This document shows positions 47,177-56,345 of a DNA stretch of 64,000 bases, in pieces. The DNA lies in the NCBI GenBank assembly GCA_023245035.1, contig JAHFLD010000001.1, positions 719 to 64,718 of the forward strand. The letters run 5' to 3'. A program made the position numbers and the translations under genes. How positions within the stretch are numbered: position 1 is the first letter of the stretch; every line of letters begins with the position of its first letter. Source of the DNA: Candidatus Harrisonbacteria bacterium (GTDB taxonomy: Bacteria; Patescibacteriota; Minisyncoccia; UBA6257; 1-14-0-10-40-38). The notes under the pieces are model-generated. The model made no database searches, was not told where the DNA came from, and saw nothing but the letters and a program-made list of their open reading frames with translations.

Positions 47177-47386
47177 TTAGTAATCTACCTCGCCGCCCAT
47201 CTCGTCGGCGTCGGTCTCAATCGCTTCTTCGTCTAAATCCTTTTCTATCAAATCGGAATCCTCATCCCCGTCTTTGTTTTCGTCCAGCAAAGCATCGTCA
47301 TCGTTAAACTCATCGGACTTTTCTTTGTCGTTACCATGACGGGCTTTTTTCTTTTGCAAAAGACGAAGCAAATCAGTGCGTTTCAT
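47177..47386 (-). CDS. Small protein with basic N-terminus and highly acidic tail
   Basis: 69 aa, D/E-rich; hairpin terminator at about 47111-47149. Confidence 0.55.
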   Translation of the reverse strand: MKRTDLLRLLQKKKARHGNDKEKSDEFNDDDALLDENKDGDEDSDLIEKDLDEEAIETDADEMGGEVDY

Positions 47387-47554
47387 CGTGCAAATGTGCT
47401 AAAAAAAGTTTGGCGACCTTTTTGATAGCCGCCATTATAGCACGGTGCCTTTGGCTGTCAAAAGATAAAGCCCACAGCGAATTTACCAGCCGATCAAAAC
47501 CGCCGAGTTCCATCTTTTGCCGCTGGTTAAACCGGTAATTTATAATTAAAAGAA

Positions 47555-48037
47555 TTACTCGGCAGCACCCCTGCGGTGCAGATAATAGGTGGCGATCGCG
47601 ATTGCCAGAGCATCCGAGGCGTCATCGTGCCCCTTAAGCGCCGGAACGCCCAATAACAAGGCGACCATTTTGGCGACGCCTCGCTTATCAGTTCGGCCAA
47701 AATTAGCCACCGCCTGCTTAATTTCAATCGGACGATATTCAAATACCGGAATTTCGGCCCGCATCATTTCAAGCAACAACACTCCGCGCGCCTCGGCAAC
47801 CGAGAGCGCCGTCTTTTGATTTTTAGCAAAAAAAAGCTGTTCAATACCGGCGATATCCGGAGTCATCTTAATCAAAAGATTATGGAAGCTGTTGCCGAGC
47901 GTGAGAAGTCTGGCCTGTTGAGTCTTGTCCTTGATCTCCAAAGTCCCATAATCAAGAAGGCGCAGAGCGCCTTCTTGATGCTCAATAAGCCCCCAACCGA
48001 TTCGGGTTGTTCCCGGATCAACGCCAAGAATTTTCAT
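47555..48037 (-). CDS. ruvC: Holliday junction resolvase RuvC
   Basis: ILGVDPG, IEQLFF, ARGV, DDASDALAIA. Confidence 0.96.
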   Translation of the reverse strand: MKILGVDPGTTRIGWGLIEHQEGALRLLDYGTLEIKDKTQQARLLTLGNSFHNLLIKMTPDIAGIEQLFFAKNQKTALSVAEARGVLLLEMMRAEIPVFEYRPIEIKQAVANFGRTDKRGVAKMVALLLGVPALKGHDDASDALAIAIATYYLHRRGAAE

Positions 48038-48038
48038 T

Positions 48039-48587
48039 TTATCTGGTTGGCCACGAGGCGACGTTCGTGGTTACGCGCTCTACATCCGGGTTATCCTCCA
48101 AAAATTCCACTAAGCGGATTAAGTTTGCCATCGTCTCCGAACTTACATCCTGGGCAAATCGAGGAGTCCACCTCGGCTGTTCGGCGCTTGGCGAATTAAA
48201 GGCCCACGCGGCGCTCCCTTGATCGGCTATTCTGGCGCCAGCGTCTTTGAGTATTTGCTTGACCTCGCCGATGGTTCGGTTGCGGTTGTCGGTAATGCAT
48301 TCAATAATCAATGCCGACTTCTCCGGTCCGTAGGCCTCCAGTGTAATCTCCTCCAAAGAATCGGTCGCCGCCGACTTGGTAAGCGCCCGTTCAATGTTGT
48401 CTTGGGGCACGTTGGCCGCCCGAGCTGTTTCTATAGCCGTGCGCAAGCGGGGATTAAACGCCGGGTTTGCTTGTTCCCGAGCCGCGACTGCAATCGCCTT
48501 TAATAGTTTAGAAAAAAGCGTCCCACGCTTTTTATCCGTCGCCTCTTTTTTGTGCTTAATCTGGTGCCACTTGGAATGTCCCGACAT
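48039..48587 (-). CDS. YebC/PmpR family protein (short, 182 aa)
   Basis: MSGHSKWHQIKHKK, NPRLR, EAYGP, TDNRNRT. Confidence 0.92.
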   Translation of the reverse strand: MSGHSKWHQIKHKKEATDKKRGTLFSKLLKAIAVAAREQANPAFNPRLRTAIETARAANVPQDNIERALTKSAATDSLEEITLEAYGPEKSALIIECITDNRNRTIGEVKQILKDAGARIADQGSAAWAFNSPSAEQPRWTPRFAQDVSSETMANLIRLVEFLEDNPDVERVTTNVASWPTR

Positions 48588-48666
48588 GGCCCCACTATAC
48601 AAAAACACCCAACTTCGGGCAAGAAAAAGCCCCGCTTGCTTATAGCAAGCGGGGCTAATGTTTCGG

Positions 48667-49014
48667 TCACCGCAAGTCCTCGGAGCCGACTTGCCAAACT
48701 TCGCTTCGCCGATCGTAGCCCGACACGTAGAATCGGCGAGCGGCACTGCCGAACGAACCGGGGTTTCCCCCGCCGCGCGCCAGAACCGTGATTGAAGCCT
48801 CGGCGTAGTCGCCCGACCAGTTGTGAAAACCAACTCGAGCGTATTCTCCGGGCGGAATCACGCCCTTGGAAGTTCCGTCGACCAACAGCTCCAATTCAAA
48901 CTGGGTTCCGTTGACTACGGTAACGCGTGTCTTGTTCCATGGAATGTTGGTCTCCACGCTCACGCATCCCGTAAACGCGAAGCACGAAAGCGCCGCCAAA
49001 AACAGCCATCTCAT
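48667..49014 (-). CDS. Hypothetical lipoprotein
   Basis: Lipobox FTGC; TTGACA-17-TATGAT promoter, AAGGAG SD, terminator 48625-48657. Confidence 0.75.
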   Translation of the reverse strand: MRWLFLAALSCFAFTGCVSVETNIPWNKTRVTVVNGTQFELELLVDGTSKGVIPPGEYARVGFHNWSGDYAEASITVLARGGGNPGSFGSAARRFYVSGYDRRSEVWQVGSEDLR

Positions 49015-49185
49015 TGGAGCTCCTTGGGTTGTATTTTAAAAGAGCATCAAAATCATAGCAAATCAAATAGAATTTGTCAAGAGAACACCCGGAAACCCTT
49101 TATAACCCAAAGCCAAACTCGGCCAGATCCCTTGCGCTCCCTTGTTGATCCAAAATAACTCGGTTACCATTAAGGCACAATCTAA

Positions 49186-50859
49186 ATGCACCCCAACGCT
49201 CCATTAAAATTGAGCGACACTCTGATTAAGGCGCGGCAGGCGGGCGAAGAGCGCGAAGCCGAACGCCGCGCGAAAGAACTGGGCCTGCCCTATGTGAACC
49301 TAAACATCTCTCCATTAGAGGTGGAGGCGCTAGCGCTTATTCCCGAGGCGCGGTCTCGCGATCTGCAAGTGGCGATATTTGAAGCCAACGAAAGCCGTGC
49401 CGCGCTGGCCGCCGCCAAACCCGGCGACTCCCGCGTCTTGGAATTAATCCGGGAGTTGGAAAAACAAAACCGAAAAGTAGTTGTTTGCGTCGCCTCCCTT
49501 CGTGGCTTGAATCACGCTTGGGAGTCCTATCGTTTCGCCACCAAGCCAACCAAAGAAATCACCGGCCGGGTGGCCATCGAAAAAGAGCGCGTTCAAGAAC
49601 TGCGGACAAAACTGGTTGGTCTCCCGCAAATCGAAGCGGCGCTTCAAAAATTTGATTATCAAGAAGGATCAGTCACTGAATTTTTAGAAGTCACCCTCGC
49701 CGGAGCGCTGGCCAATCGCGCCTCGGATATTCACTTTGAACCCGAAGAAAAGGGCGTCAAACTCCGCTATCGCATTGATGGCATCCTGCACGACGTCGCC
49801 AAATCAATGCCGGTATTTTTCTATCGCAAAACAACTTCGCGCCTCAAACTCCTCTCCGGAATCAAACTCAACATTCAAAACCACCCGCAAGACGGCAGGT
49901 TTACCATCGAACTGCCGGAGAAGGCGATTGAGATTCGTGTCGCCATGGCACCGGCCGAATATGGCGAAATTATCGTCCTTCGCATTCTTGATCCCGACTC
50001 AATTTTGAGTCTGACCGATCTTGGCATTCGTGAAGATGATTTGGCTCTGATTCAAATCGAACTGGATCGTCCCCACGGCATGATTCTCAACACCGGCCCG
50101 ACCGGCTCCGGCAAAACCACCACTCTCTATGCTTTTCTTAGTGCCAAAAAAACACCCGAGATCAAAATCGTCACCATTGAAGATCCGATTGAATATCACC
50201 TTGAAGGTATTGAACAAACACAGGTAGACGAAGAAGGTGGCTACAGTTTTGCCAACGGCTTGCGTTCCATTTTGCGTCAGGATCCCGACTCAATTCTCGT
50301 TGGCGAAATTCGCGATCAGGAGACGGCGGAGATCGCCCTGCAAGCGGCGCTCACCGGACATCTTGTTTTTTCTACGATTCACGCCAACGAAGCCGCCGGC
50401 GCCATTCCGCGCTTGCTTGATTTGGGAGTTAAACCAACCAGTATCGGTCCCGGAATGAATCTGATTATTAGCCAACGCCTGGTTCGCCGGCTTTGCGAGC
50501 AATGCAAAAAACCGATGTCGCTTGACGCTCGGCAGTTAAAAAGGTTCGCGGATTTTGTCGGGCAGTTGCCCGAGAGGGTCGCCAAAGCCAACTATGCCGA
50601 AATCAAACTTTGGCGTCCGGAGGGTTGCGAAGCCTGCGGCAATCTCGGATTCAAAGGTCGCGTCGGAATTTATGAAATTTTGGTAACCGACGAAGCGCTG
50701 GAACCATTAATTTTAAGCAAAGCCGGAGAAACCGAACTTGCGCGCTATGCCGAGAAGCGTGGTATGGTAACCATGCAGGCCGACGGAGTGCTCAAGGCCT
50801 TGCGCGGCATAACAACCGTTGATGAGGTTATTCGGGAAACCGGACAACTATTGTGGTAG
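49186..50859 (+). CDS. Type IV pilus / T2SS assembly ATPase (PilB/GspE family)
   Basis: ASDIH, PQDGR, TGPTGSGKTTTL, EDPIEY, LRQDPD, GHLVFSTIH, CxxC..CxxC. Confidence 0.92.
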   Translation: MHPNAPLKLSDTLIKARQAGEEREAERRAKELGLPYVNLNISPLEVEALALIPEARSRDLQVAIFEANESRAALAAAKPGDSRVLELIRELEKQNRKVVVCVASLRGLNHAWESYRFATKPTKEITGRVAIEKERVQELRTKLVGLPQIEAALQKFDYQEGSVTEFLEVTLAGALANRASDIHFEPEEKGVKLRYRIDGILHDVAKSMPVFFYRKTTSRLKLLSGIKLNIQNHPQDGRFTIELPEKAIEIRVAMAPAEYGEIIVLRILDPDSILSLTDLGIREDDLALIQIELDRPHGMILNTGPTGSGKTTTLYAFLSAKKTPEIKIVTIEDPIEYHLEGIEQTQVDEEGGYSFANGLRSILRQDPDSILVGEIRDQETAEIALQAALTGHLVFSTIHANEAAGAIPRLLDLGVKPTSIGPGMNLIISQRLVRRLCEQCKKPMSLDARQLKRFADFVGQLPERVAKANYAEIKLWRPEGCEACGNLGFKGRVGIYEILVTDEALEPLILSKAGETELARYAEKRGMVTMQADGVLKALRGITTVDEVIRETGQLLW

Positions 50860-50869
50860 AAGTTAAAAA

Positions 50870-50993
50870 CCTTGATCTGTGGGCATTGAGTTCTTTCATG
50901 TGATATAAAAGAGATTAGAATTTTTCCGAGGCGTGACCCAGCCGGAGCCAAGCCAGCCGAACTGGGAAAAATTCCGAGTGCCCACAGGTCAAG
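50870..50993. repeat. Long imperfect inverted repeat with nested hairpin
   Basis: CTTGATCTGTGGGCATT ... AGTGCCCACAGGTCAAG; inner GAATTTTTCC ... GGAAAAATTC. Confidence 0.6.
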
Positions 50994-51093
50994 ACTTTTA
51001 ACGGCTTTACATTTAAATGCAATCGCCATTGTATTGTCAATCGCCAGCAGAGTCTAGCATATAGAAACCTATTTGTCAATAGACCTAAAGCTT

Positions 51094-52104
51094 ATGGAAA
51101 AATCCACGGCCAAGACCCCTCTCACCGCCAAAAACGAGCCGATTGATTTAATCCTACGCCCTAAAGCTTGGAGGGAGTACGTTGGCCAAGAAAAGATTAA
51201 ACGGCATCTGCTGATTATGCTGGAGGCCGCCAAAAAACGAGGCGAAACCTGCGATCATCTCTTGTTTTATGGTCAAGCCGGTTTGGGCAAGACCACCTTG
51301 GCTCACTTGGTGGCCGAACAATTAGGCGCCAAACTCAAGGTAACCGCCGGTCCGGCGCTCGAAAAAATGGCCGACTTGGCTGGAGTGCTCACCAACCTTG
51401 AAAAGGGTGACATCCTCTTCATTGACGAGATTCATCGCCTGAATCGGATGATTGAAGAAGTTCTTTATCCAGCCATGGAGAGTCGCAAACTAAACATCGT
51501 AGTTGGCAAAGGCCCCGGCGCTCGAACCCTCTCTCTGGATCTTCCGGCTTTTACCATTGTCGGCGCGACTACCAGGGCCAATCTGATCTCCGCCCCGCTT
51601 CGCTCTCGGTTTGGTGCCTCGTTTCGCTTGGATTATTATGAGACTCCGGATATTGAAGCTATTATTAATCGCTCGGCCGGCCTGCTCGGCCTCAAGATTG
51701 TTCCCGAAGGTGCCGCCATGCTTGCGCGGGCATCGCGCGCCACCCCCCGCGTGGCCAACCGGCTTTTAAAGCGGCTGCGAGATTACATGGAGGTTCACTC
51801 CATTGATTGCGCCGATCCGGCTACCGTCAAAAAAACCCTGGATCTGTTGGAGATTGATGAGCGCGGCCTGGAGCTCCACGATCGCTTGTTGCTAGAAACC
51901 ATTATCAATAAATTCAAAGGCGGTCCGGTGGGTGTCGCCACGCTCGCCGCCGCGCTCAACGACGATCGCGGAATCGTTGAGGATGTCTATGAACCCTATC
52001 TCTTGAGTATCGGATTTTTAAAGCGAACCCAATCCGGACGAGTCGCCACCGAAGCCGCCTATGAACACCTCGGCCACGATCTCTACGAAAAGCGCTCCGT
52101 TTAA
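51094..52104 (+). CDS. ruvB: Holliday junction branch migration helicase RuvB
   Basis: LRPK..EYVGQ, GLGKTTLA, FIDEIHRL, GATTR, GGPVG, EDVYEPYL. Confidence 0.97.
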   Translation: MEKSTAKTPLTAKNEPIDLILRPKAWREYVGQEKIKRHLLIMLEAAKKRGETCDHLLFYGQAGLGKTTLAHLVAEQLGAKLKVTAGPALEKMADLAGVLTNLEKGDILFIDEIHRLNRMIEEVLYPAMESRKLNIVVGKGPGARTLSLDLPAFTIVGATTRANLISAPLRSRFGASFRLDYYETPDIEAIINRSAGLLGLKIVPEGAAMLARASRATPRVANRLLKRLRDYMEVHSIDCADPATVKKTLDLLEIDERGLELHDRLLLETIINKFKGGPVGVATLAAALNDDRGIVEDVYEPYLLSIGFLKRTQSGRVATEAAYEHLGHDLYEKRSV

Positions 52105-52316
52105 TACACAAAAACCTTGGCTGACTAAAGTTGCGCGTGGGGCGACCAAAAAGGAAATTTTATTCGAAAACCCCGCCGACTTCGCCTCGCTTCCCAACGC
52201 TTCGGATGGCAACCCTATTCCGACTTTGGTGGCTATGGTACTCAGTGTTGGTGTTATAACTTGGATCGTTACCTGGTCTCTGAAAAATCTTTTCGCCTCC
52301 AAAAAAAATTCGCCAC

Positions 52317-52748
52317 ATGAACCAGAAGATCATCCATTCTGAAAGCATTGCCGAAACCAAGGCCTTTGGCGCCTCCTGCGCCCGTAGCGCTCAAAGAATT
52401 TGGGCGCTCACCGGCAACTTGGGTGCCGGCAAAACAACCTTTGCCCAAGGTTTTATCGCCGAGCATGGAATTGCCTCTCCGGTTTTGAGCCCAACCTTCA
52501 CCATCTTTCGAGTGTATCCTTTACCCCAGGGACGGAGGTTGTATCATGTAGACCTCTATCGGCTCGAATCTGAATCCGAGCTAATCAACCTCGGACTCAA
52601 GGATATTTTGAGCGACCAGCGCAACATCGTTTTGATTGAGTGGGCCGAAAAGGCGCTCCACCTAATTCCCAGGGAAGCTATTTGGCTTACTTTCGAGCAC
52701 GAACTGCCACACGGCCAAGTTCGCATCACCCAAAGCGGGGTGCTATAA
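52317..52748 (+). CDS. tsaE: tRNA threonylcarbamoyladenosine biosynthesis ATPase TsaE
   Basis: GNLGAGKTTF, SPTF, HVDLYRL, IEW. Confidence 0.93.
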   Translation: MNQKIIHSESIAETKAFGASCARSAQRIWALTGNLGAGKTTFAQGFIAEHGIASPVLSPTFTIFRVYPLPQGRRLYHVDLYRLESESELINLGLKDILSDQRNIVLIEWAEKALHLIPREAIWLTFEHELPHGQVRITQSGVL

Positions 52749-52845
52749 TCGCCCCAAGTGCCGGCATTAGATGTGGCGGATTAAGAAAAACTTGATTGTC
52801 GACCGGTAAAAAAATCGGTCAGAAGAAATTTTACTCCCTTAGTGC

Positions 52846-53439
52846 ATGGAACCAGTCTCAAGCGAAACAAGTCAAAACCCAATCAAAAAACCGCTGGCTC
52901 GGATTATTTCTGCCGGAATTATTATTTTTCGCCACACCCCCGAAGGCCCGAAGTTTCTCTTGCTCTATCATGGCCGCAACTACTGGAATTTCCCCAAGGG
53001 TAAGTTGGAGCTTGATGAGCGCAGTTTTGACGCCGCGCTTCGGGAGGTTGAAGAAGAGACCGGTATCAAAAAAAGCCAATTGCGCATCGTTGGTGATTTT
53101 AAAACCCAAGAAAGATTCATCTTTCAGCGCGGCGCGGAAAAGATGCTCAAGATCGTCATTTTGTATCTCGCCGAAACCAACACAACCACGGTGGTTGTCT
53201 CCCACGAGCACGAAGGTTATGCTTGGTTCACTTACGCCGGGGCGAGGCGAGTCCTTGTTAAATACAAAGACAGCACTCGAATTTTAAAAAACGCCTATGA
53301 ATTTATTCACAAGGGCCGTGTACCGGGTGGTCGCCCACATCCCCAAAGGCAGCGTTCTAACCTACCGCGAAGTGGCGCGGAAAGCCGGACGCCCCCAAGC
53401 CTATCGAGCGGTGGGCAACATCCTGAACCAAAATCCTAG
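52846..53439 (+). CDS. NUDIX hydrolase (Ap4A hydrolase-like)
   Basis: WNFPKGKLE..AALREVEEETG, SHEH..W. Confidence 0.88.
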   Translation: MEPVSSETSQNPIKKPLARIISAGIIIFRHTPEGPKFLLLYHGRNYWNFPKGKLELDERSFDAALREVEEETGIKKSQLRIVGDFKTQERFIFQRGAEKMLKIVILYLAETNTTTVVVSHEHEGYAWFTYAGARRVLVKYKDSTRILKNAYEFIHKGRVPGGRPHPQRQRSNLPRSGAESRTPPSLSSGGQHPEPKS

Positions 53440-53566
53440 TCCGGAGAAAGTTCCCTGCCATCGCGTCATTCGCTCCGACGGCAAAATCGGCGGCTACGCC
53501 TGGGGATCGGCCAAAAAGAAAAAACTTTTAGCCGCCGAACGACGCTCCATAATTAATGCCCAATAA
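53297..53566 (+). CDS. Methylated-DNA-protein cysteine methyltransferase (MGMT/Ogt C-terminal domain)
   Basis: IPKGSVLTY, RAVG, VPCHRVI, GGY. Confidence 0.88.
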   Translation: MNLFTRAVYRVVAHIPKGSVLTYREVARKAGRPQAYRAVGNILNQNPSPEKVPCHRVIRSDGKIGGYAWGSAKKKKLLAAERRSIINAQ

Positions 53567-53576
53567 AAATCCCTCT

Positions 53577-53900
53577 CTAGAGAGGGATTTGCTCAAAATC
53601 CAAAAGGCGGCGAATGGCCGGAATCCAAAGCAAGAACTGAATCGTGGCCAAAGGGATTCCGTCTTTAACATTGTCAAGCGCAAACCCGACAACGTGGCGC
53701 TGAACCGGGTGGCGCAGAAGACGAACGGGTTGGCAAGTCGTATCATTGCCCCGCAAAGTCTCTTCTATTGGGTCGCAATCTTCCAGAATCATTTGCAGGC
53801 GATCCTTTTTTTGGAGATAGCAAAGCCTGGGCTTAAAAGAATTCTCTCGCGTTGGCACCGAAATTTCCCGGTCCTTTTTTTCGTCTGGCGGTAGATCCAC
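53577..53900 (-). CDS. Hypothetical protein
   Basis: GTG start after GGGAG; bounded by hairpin terminators at about 53565-53590 and 53963-53993. Confidence 0.5.
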   Translation of the reverse strand: MDLPPDEKKDREISVPTRENSFKPRLCYLQKKDRLQMILEDCDPIEETLRGNDTTCQPVRLLRHPVQRHVVGFALDNVKDGIPLATIQFLLWIPAIRRLLDFEQIPL

Positions 53901-54011
53901 TGGTAACTCCCAAGCGAATATGAACTTCAAGGTACAACCGAAAACAGACCTAAAGCTAACACAAAAAAATCCCCGCGGGAAGGGGGATTTTTTTGCAAAC
54001 ACCCAATAAGT

Positions 54012-54356
54012 TTATTTAACCGCCTCCAAAACCTGCTTAAAAACCGCGGGTTCATGCTCCGCCAAATCAGCCAGGACTTTTCGGTCCAATTCAACATTTG
54101 ACTTCTTGAGCCTGTCTATAAGCTCGTGATAAGTGGTTCCGTGCAATCTGGCGCCCGCGCCGATTTTTACATTCCACAAGGCGCGCATATCGCGCTTCTT
54201 CTCCTTTCGCCCCTTGAACATTCGGGGCAAGGCATGCAAGAGCGCCTCTTTGGCCGCTCGCTCCTTTTTCTTGCGATCCCACTTGTAGCCCTTGGTCAGC
54301 TTCAGGATCTTATTTCTCTTTCTGGTGGCGTTAACGCCTCGTTTGACTCTGGTCAT
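54012..54356 (-). CDS. rplT: 50S ribosomal protein L20
   Basis: MTRVKRG, RKEKKRDMRALW, LDRKVLADLA. Confidence 0.97.
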   Translation of the reverse strand: MTRVKRGVNATRKRNKILKLTKGYKWDRKKKERAAKEALLHALPRMFKGRKEKKRDMRALWNVKIGAGARLHGTTYHELIDRLKKSNVELDRKVLADLAEHEPAVFKQVLEAVK

Positions 54357-54473
54357 AGGTAATAGGGTTTAGAGTAGGGGGTTAAGTTTAAGGTGTCAAA
54401 TTTAGAAACCAAGAGGATTTCACGTCAGTTTATTTCGCAGCATTCGCGTGAACTCCTCCGGTATTCGCATCGC

Positions 54474-54650
54474 CTATAAATATTTCTGAATTATCAACCT
54501 ATCCGCCCGGTCCACGGTAACGTCTTTGCGTTTTAGGCGAATACCGCTTCCATTGCGCTTGGTCTTAAAATGTCCCTGGCCCATTGTTCGGCGAATCAAC
54601 TTACCACTGCCGGTTACTTTGAATCGAGTTGAAATGCTTTTCTTGGTCAT
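54474..54650 (-). CDS. rpmI: 50S ribosomal protein L35 (absent from ORF track)
   Basis: MTKKSISTRFKVTGSGKLIRRTMGQGHFKTK..., between infC and rplT. Confidence 0.92.
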   Translation of the reverse strand: MTKKSISTRFKVTGSGKLIRRTMGQGHFKTKRNGSGIRLKRKDVTVDRADRLIIQKYL

Positions 54651-54695
54651 AATCCTTGTTTCTTGATTCGTAAATTCGTTGATAATCGCCGCTTT

Positions 54696-55208
54696 TTATT
54701 TTTTTATAATCTGCAAAGCTACTCCGCGGCCGCCCCAGCGCATATCGCTAATCTGCCGGAACGGAACAGTTATCATCTTCAAAAACTCCTCCATTTTAAG
54801 ACGAGCCCAGTCCTTGTTGTACTTTTCTCGTCCGCGCAGAACCATGGCGATCGTCACCGCGTGGCCCTCGCCCAAAAACTCATCCGCCTTTTTGGCTCTA
54901 ATCCCTAGGTCGTTTTTGGCCGACCGGGCGGTTATCTGAACCTGCTTCACCCCCTGCTCTTTGCGATTTGCCCGCTGTTCTTTAGTTTTTTTGTCTTGCT
55001 GATAGCGAAACTTGTCAAAACTCATTATCTTCGCCACCGGCGGAACCACCTGCGAAGAAATCTCAATCAGATCGAGACCCTTCTCGTGAGCCAGTCGCAT
55101 CGCGGCCTCGCGCGACATAACGCCGAGCGCCTCACCGGCTTCGTCTAAGACCCGAAGCTCGGGAGCGGTTATCTGCAGGTTAAACTTTGGTTGATTGGTC
55201 AACGGTAT
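54696..55208 (-). CDS. infC: Translation initiation factor IF-3 (non-ATG start)
   Basis: NLQITAPELRVLD, GLDLIEI, PPVAKIM, LRGRE; start ATA 55208 or TTG 55202. Confidence 0.93.
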   Translation of the reverse strand: MPLTNQPKFNLQITAPELRVLDEAGEALGVMSREAAMRLAHEKGLDLIEISSQVVPPVAKIMSFDKFRYQQDKKTKEQRANRKEQGVKQVQITARSAKNDLGIRAKKADEFLGEGHAVTIAMVLRGREKYNKDWARLKMEEFLKMITVPFRQISDMRWGGRGVALQIIKK

Positions 55209-55322
55209 GGGGAGTATAGAAGATACCGCAAAAATTGTAAAGCTCAATCGCCCCAAAGCCATCCCCGCGCTTTTGTATAAAAAAAGACGCCACCATTATG
55301 TAGCGTCTTCGACTAACCAAAA

Positions 55323-55568
55323 CTACTTAATCCCAAGCCTTCTTCTAACCGCCGCCGCTTCTTCGGGAGAGAGTTCCTGACCGTGCATCTTGCCGCGTTT
55401 TGCGTTGTGCTCCATGACGATTTCCGCTCGGCACTCATCGCAAGGCGGGCCAAAATCTCTACTCGCCGGCCCGACGCAAATTAATGAATCATAGTAATCA
55501 TGGTGCTTTGTTTTGCACCGCGTGTCTGCCAGTTTGCGAAGGTGTTGTCGTAACTCTTCGTGTGTCAC
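55323..55568 (-). CDS. Small Cys/His-containing hypothetical protein
   Basis: GTGA overlap with pyrE stop; C..HH..C..CDEC. Confidence 0.55.
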   Translation of the reverse strand: MTHEELRQHLRKLADTRCKTKHHDYYDSLICVGPASRDFGPPCDECRAEIVMEHNAKRGKMHGQELSPEEAAAVRRRLGIK

Positions 55569-56257
55569 GGTAATTTCCCTTCAGCGCTACCGCTAATAAC
55601 TTGTCCGCCATTTCGGCGAGCCATAAACTCGCGCCCCTTGCCAACATTCGCGTTGATCGGAATGCCTCGGTGGCACAAAGCGCAATCTTCTTCGCGCCAA
55701 GCTTCGAGCGGAATGTCCAATAGCGAAGAGAATAAATAAGGACTACCCATTTGCTGCATTGTCACCGCGCCCCGATTAAACAATACCGACAGACCAACCA
55801 CGACTCCTTGGTGCGCCCGAACCGTCTCAATCACTTTCCGCGCCGACTCGCCGGTGGTCAGTACGTCTTCCACGACCAGAACGTTTTTTCGCGGCAGGAG
55901 TTTTTCGTATCCTCGCTGAATCACAAAACCCTTGCCGTCAAAAGTTTTTTCGGCGTACGCGCTCAAGACTTCTCGTTGCGTTAACTGGCTCAAACAATAG
56001 GCGACCCATTGCGAAAGGATAACTCCGCCGATTGCCGGAGCGATTACCACCTCGGGGCGAAAGTTTTGTTCCACCGCCGAAATAAATCGATGCGCGAGCT
56101 TCATGCAAAAGGCCAAAGTATCGGTCGTGTGCGGATAAAGCGCGTCTTTGTTGAGATAGGTTTTTCCGTGCAAGCCGGAGGTGTAAACAAAATGCCCATC
56201 GCTCATCATCACCCCGTGTTTTCCGAGCTTCGTGAGTAGTTCGCTGTCACTCATCAT
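55565..56257 (-). CDS. pyrE: Orotate phosphoribosyltransferase-like PRTase
   Basis: GHFVYTSGLHG..YLNK, PRPP-binding VLVVEDVLTTGES; start at MMSDSELL after AAGGGG. Confidence 0.82.
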   Translation of the reverse strand: MMSDSELLTKLGKHGVMMSDGHFVYTSGLHGKTYLNKDALYPHTTDTLAFCMKLAHRFISAVEQNFRPEVVIAPAIGGVILSQWVAYCLSQLTQREVLSAYAEKTFDGKGFVIQRGYEKLLPRKNVLVVEDVLTTGESARKVIETVRAHQGVVVGLSVLFNRGAVTMQQMGSPYLFSSLLDIPLEAWREEDCALCHRGIPINANVGKGREFMARRNGGQVISGSAEGKLP

Positions 56258-56345
56258 TTTCAAACCCCTTATGTAAAAGTGCGACCCCAAACCACAGTTA
56301 CCATAATGAAAAAACTCTAATAAAGCAAACAAAAATAACCAAGAA

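Noticed and set aside
52061-52342. Small membrane ORF between ruvB and tsaE
   Set aside because: It has one hydrophobic stretch, but the start is ambiguous and it overlaps both neighbours; insufficient support.
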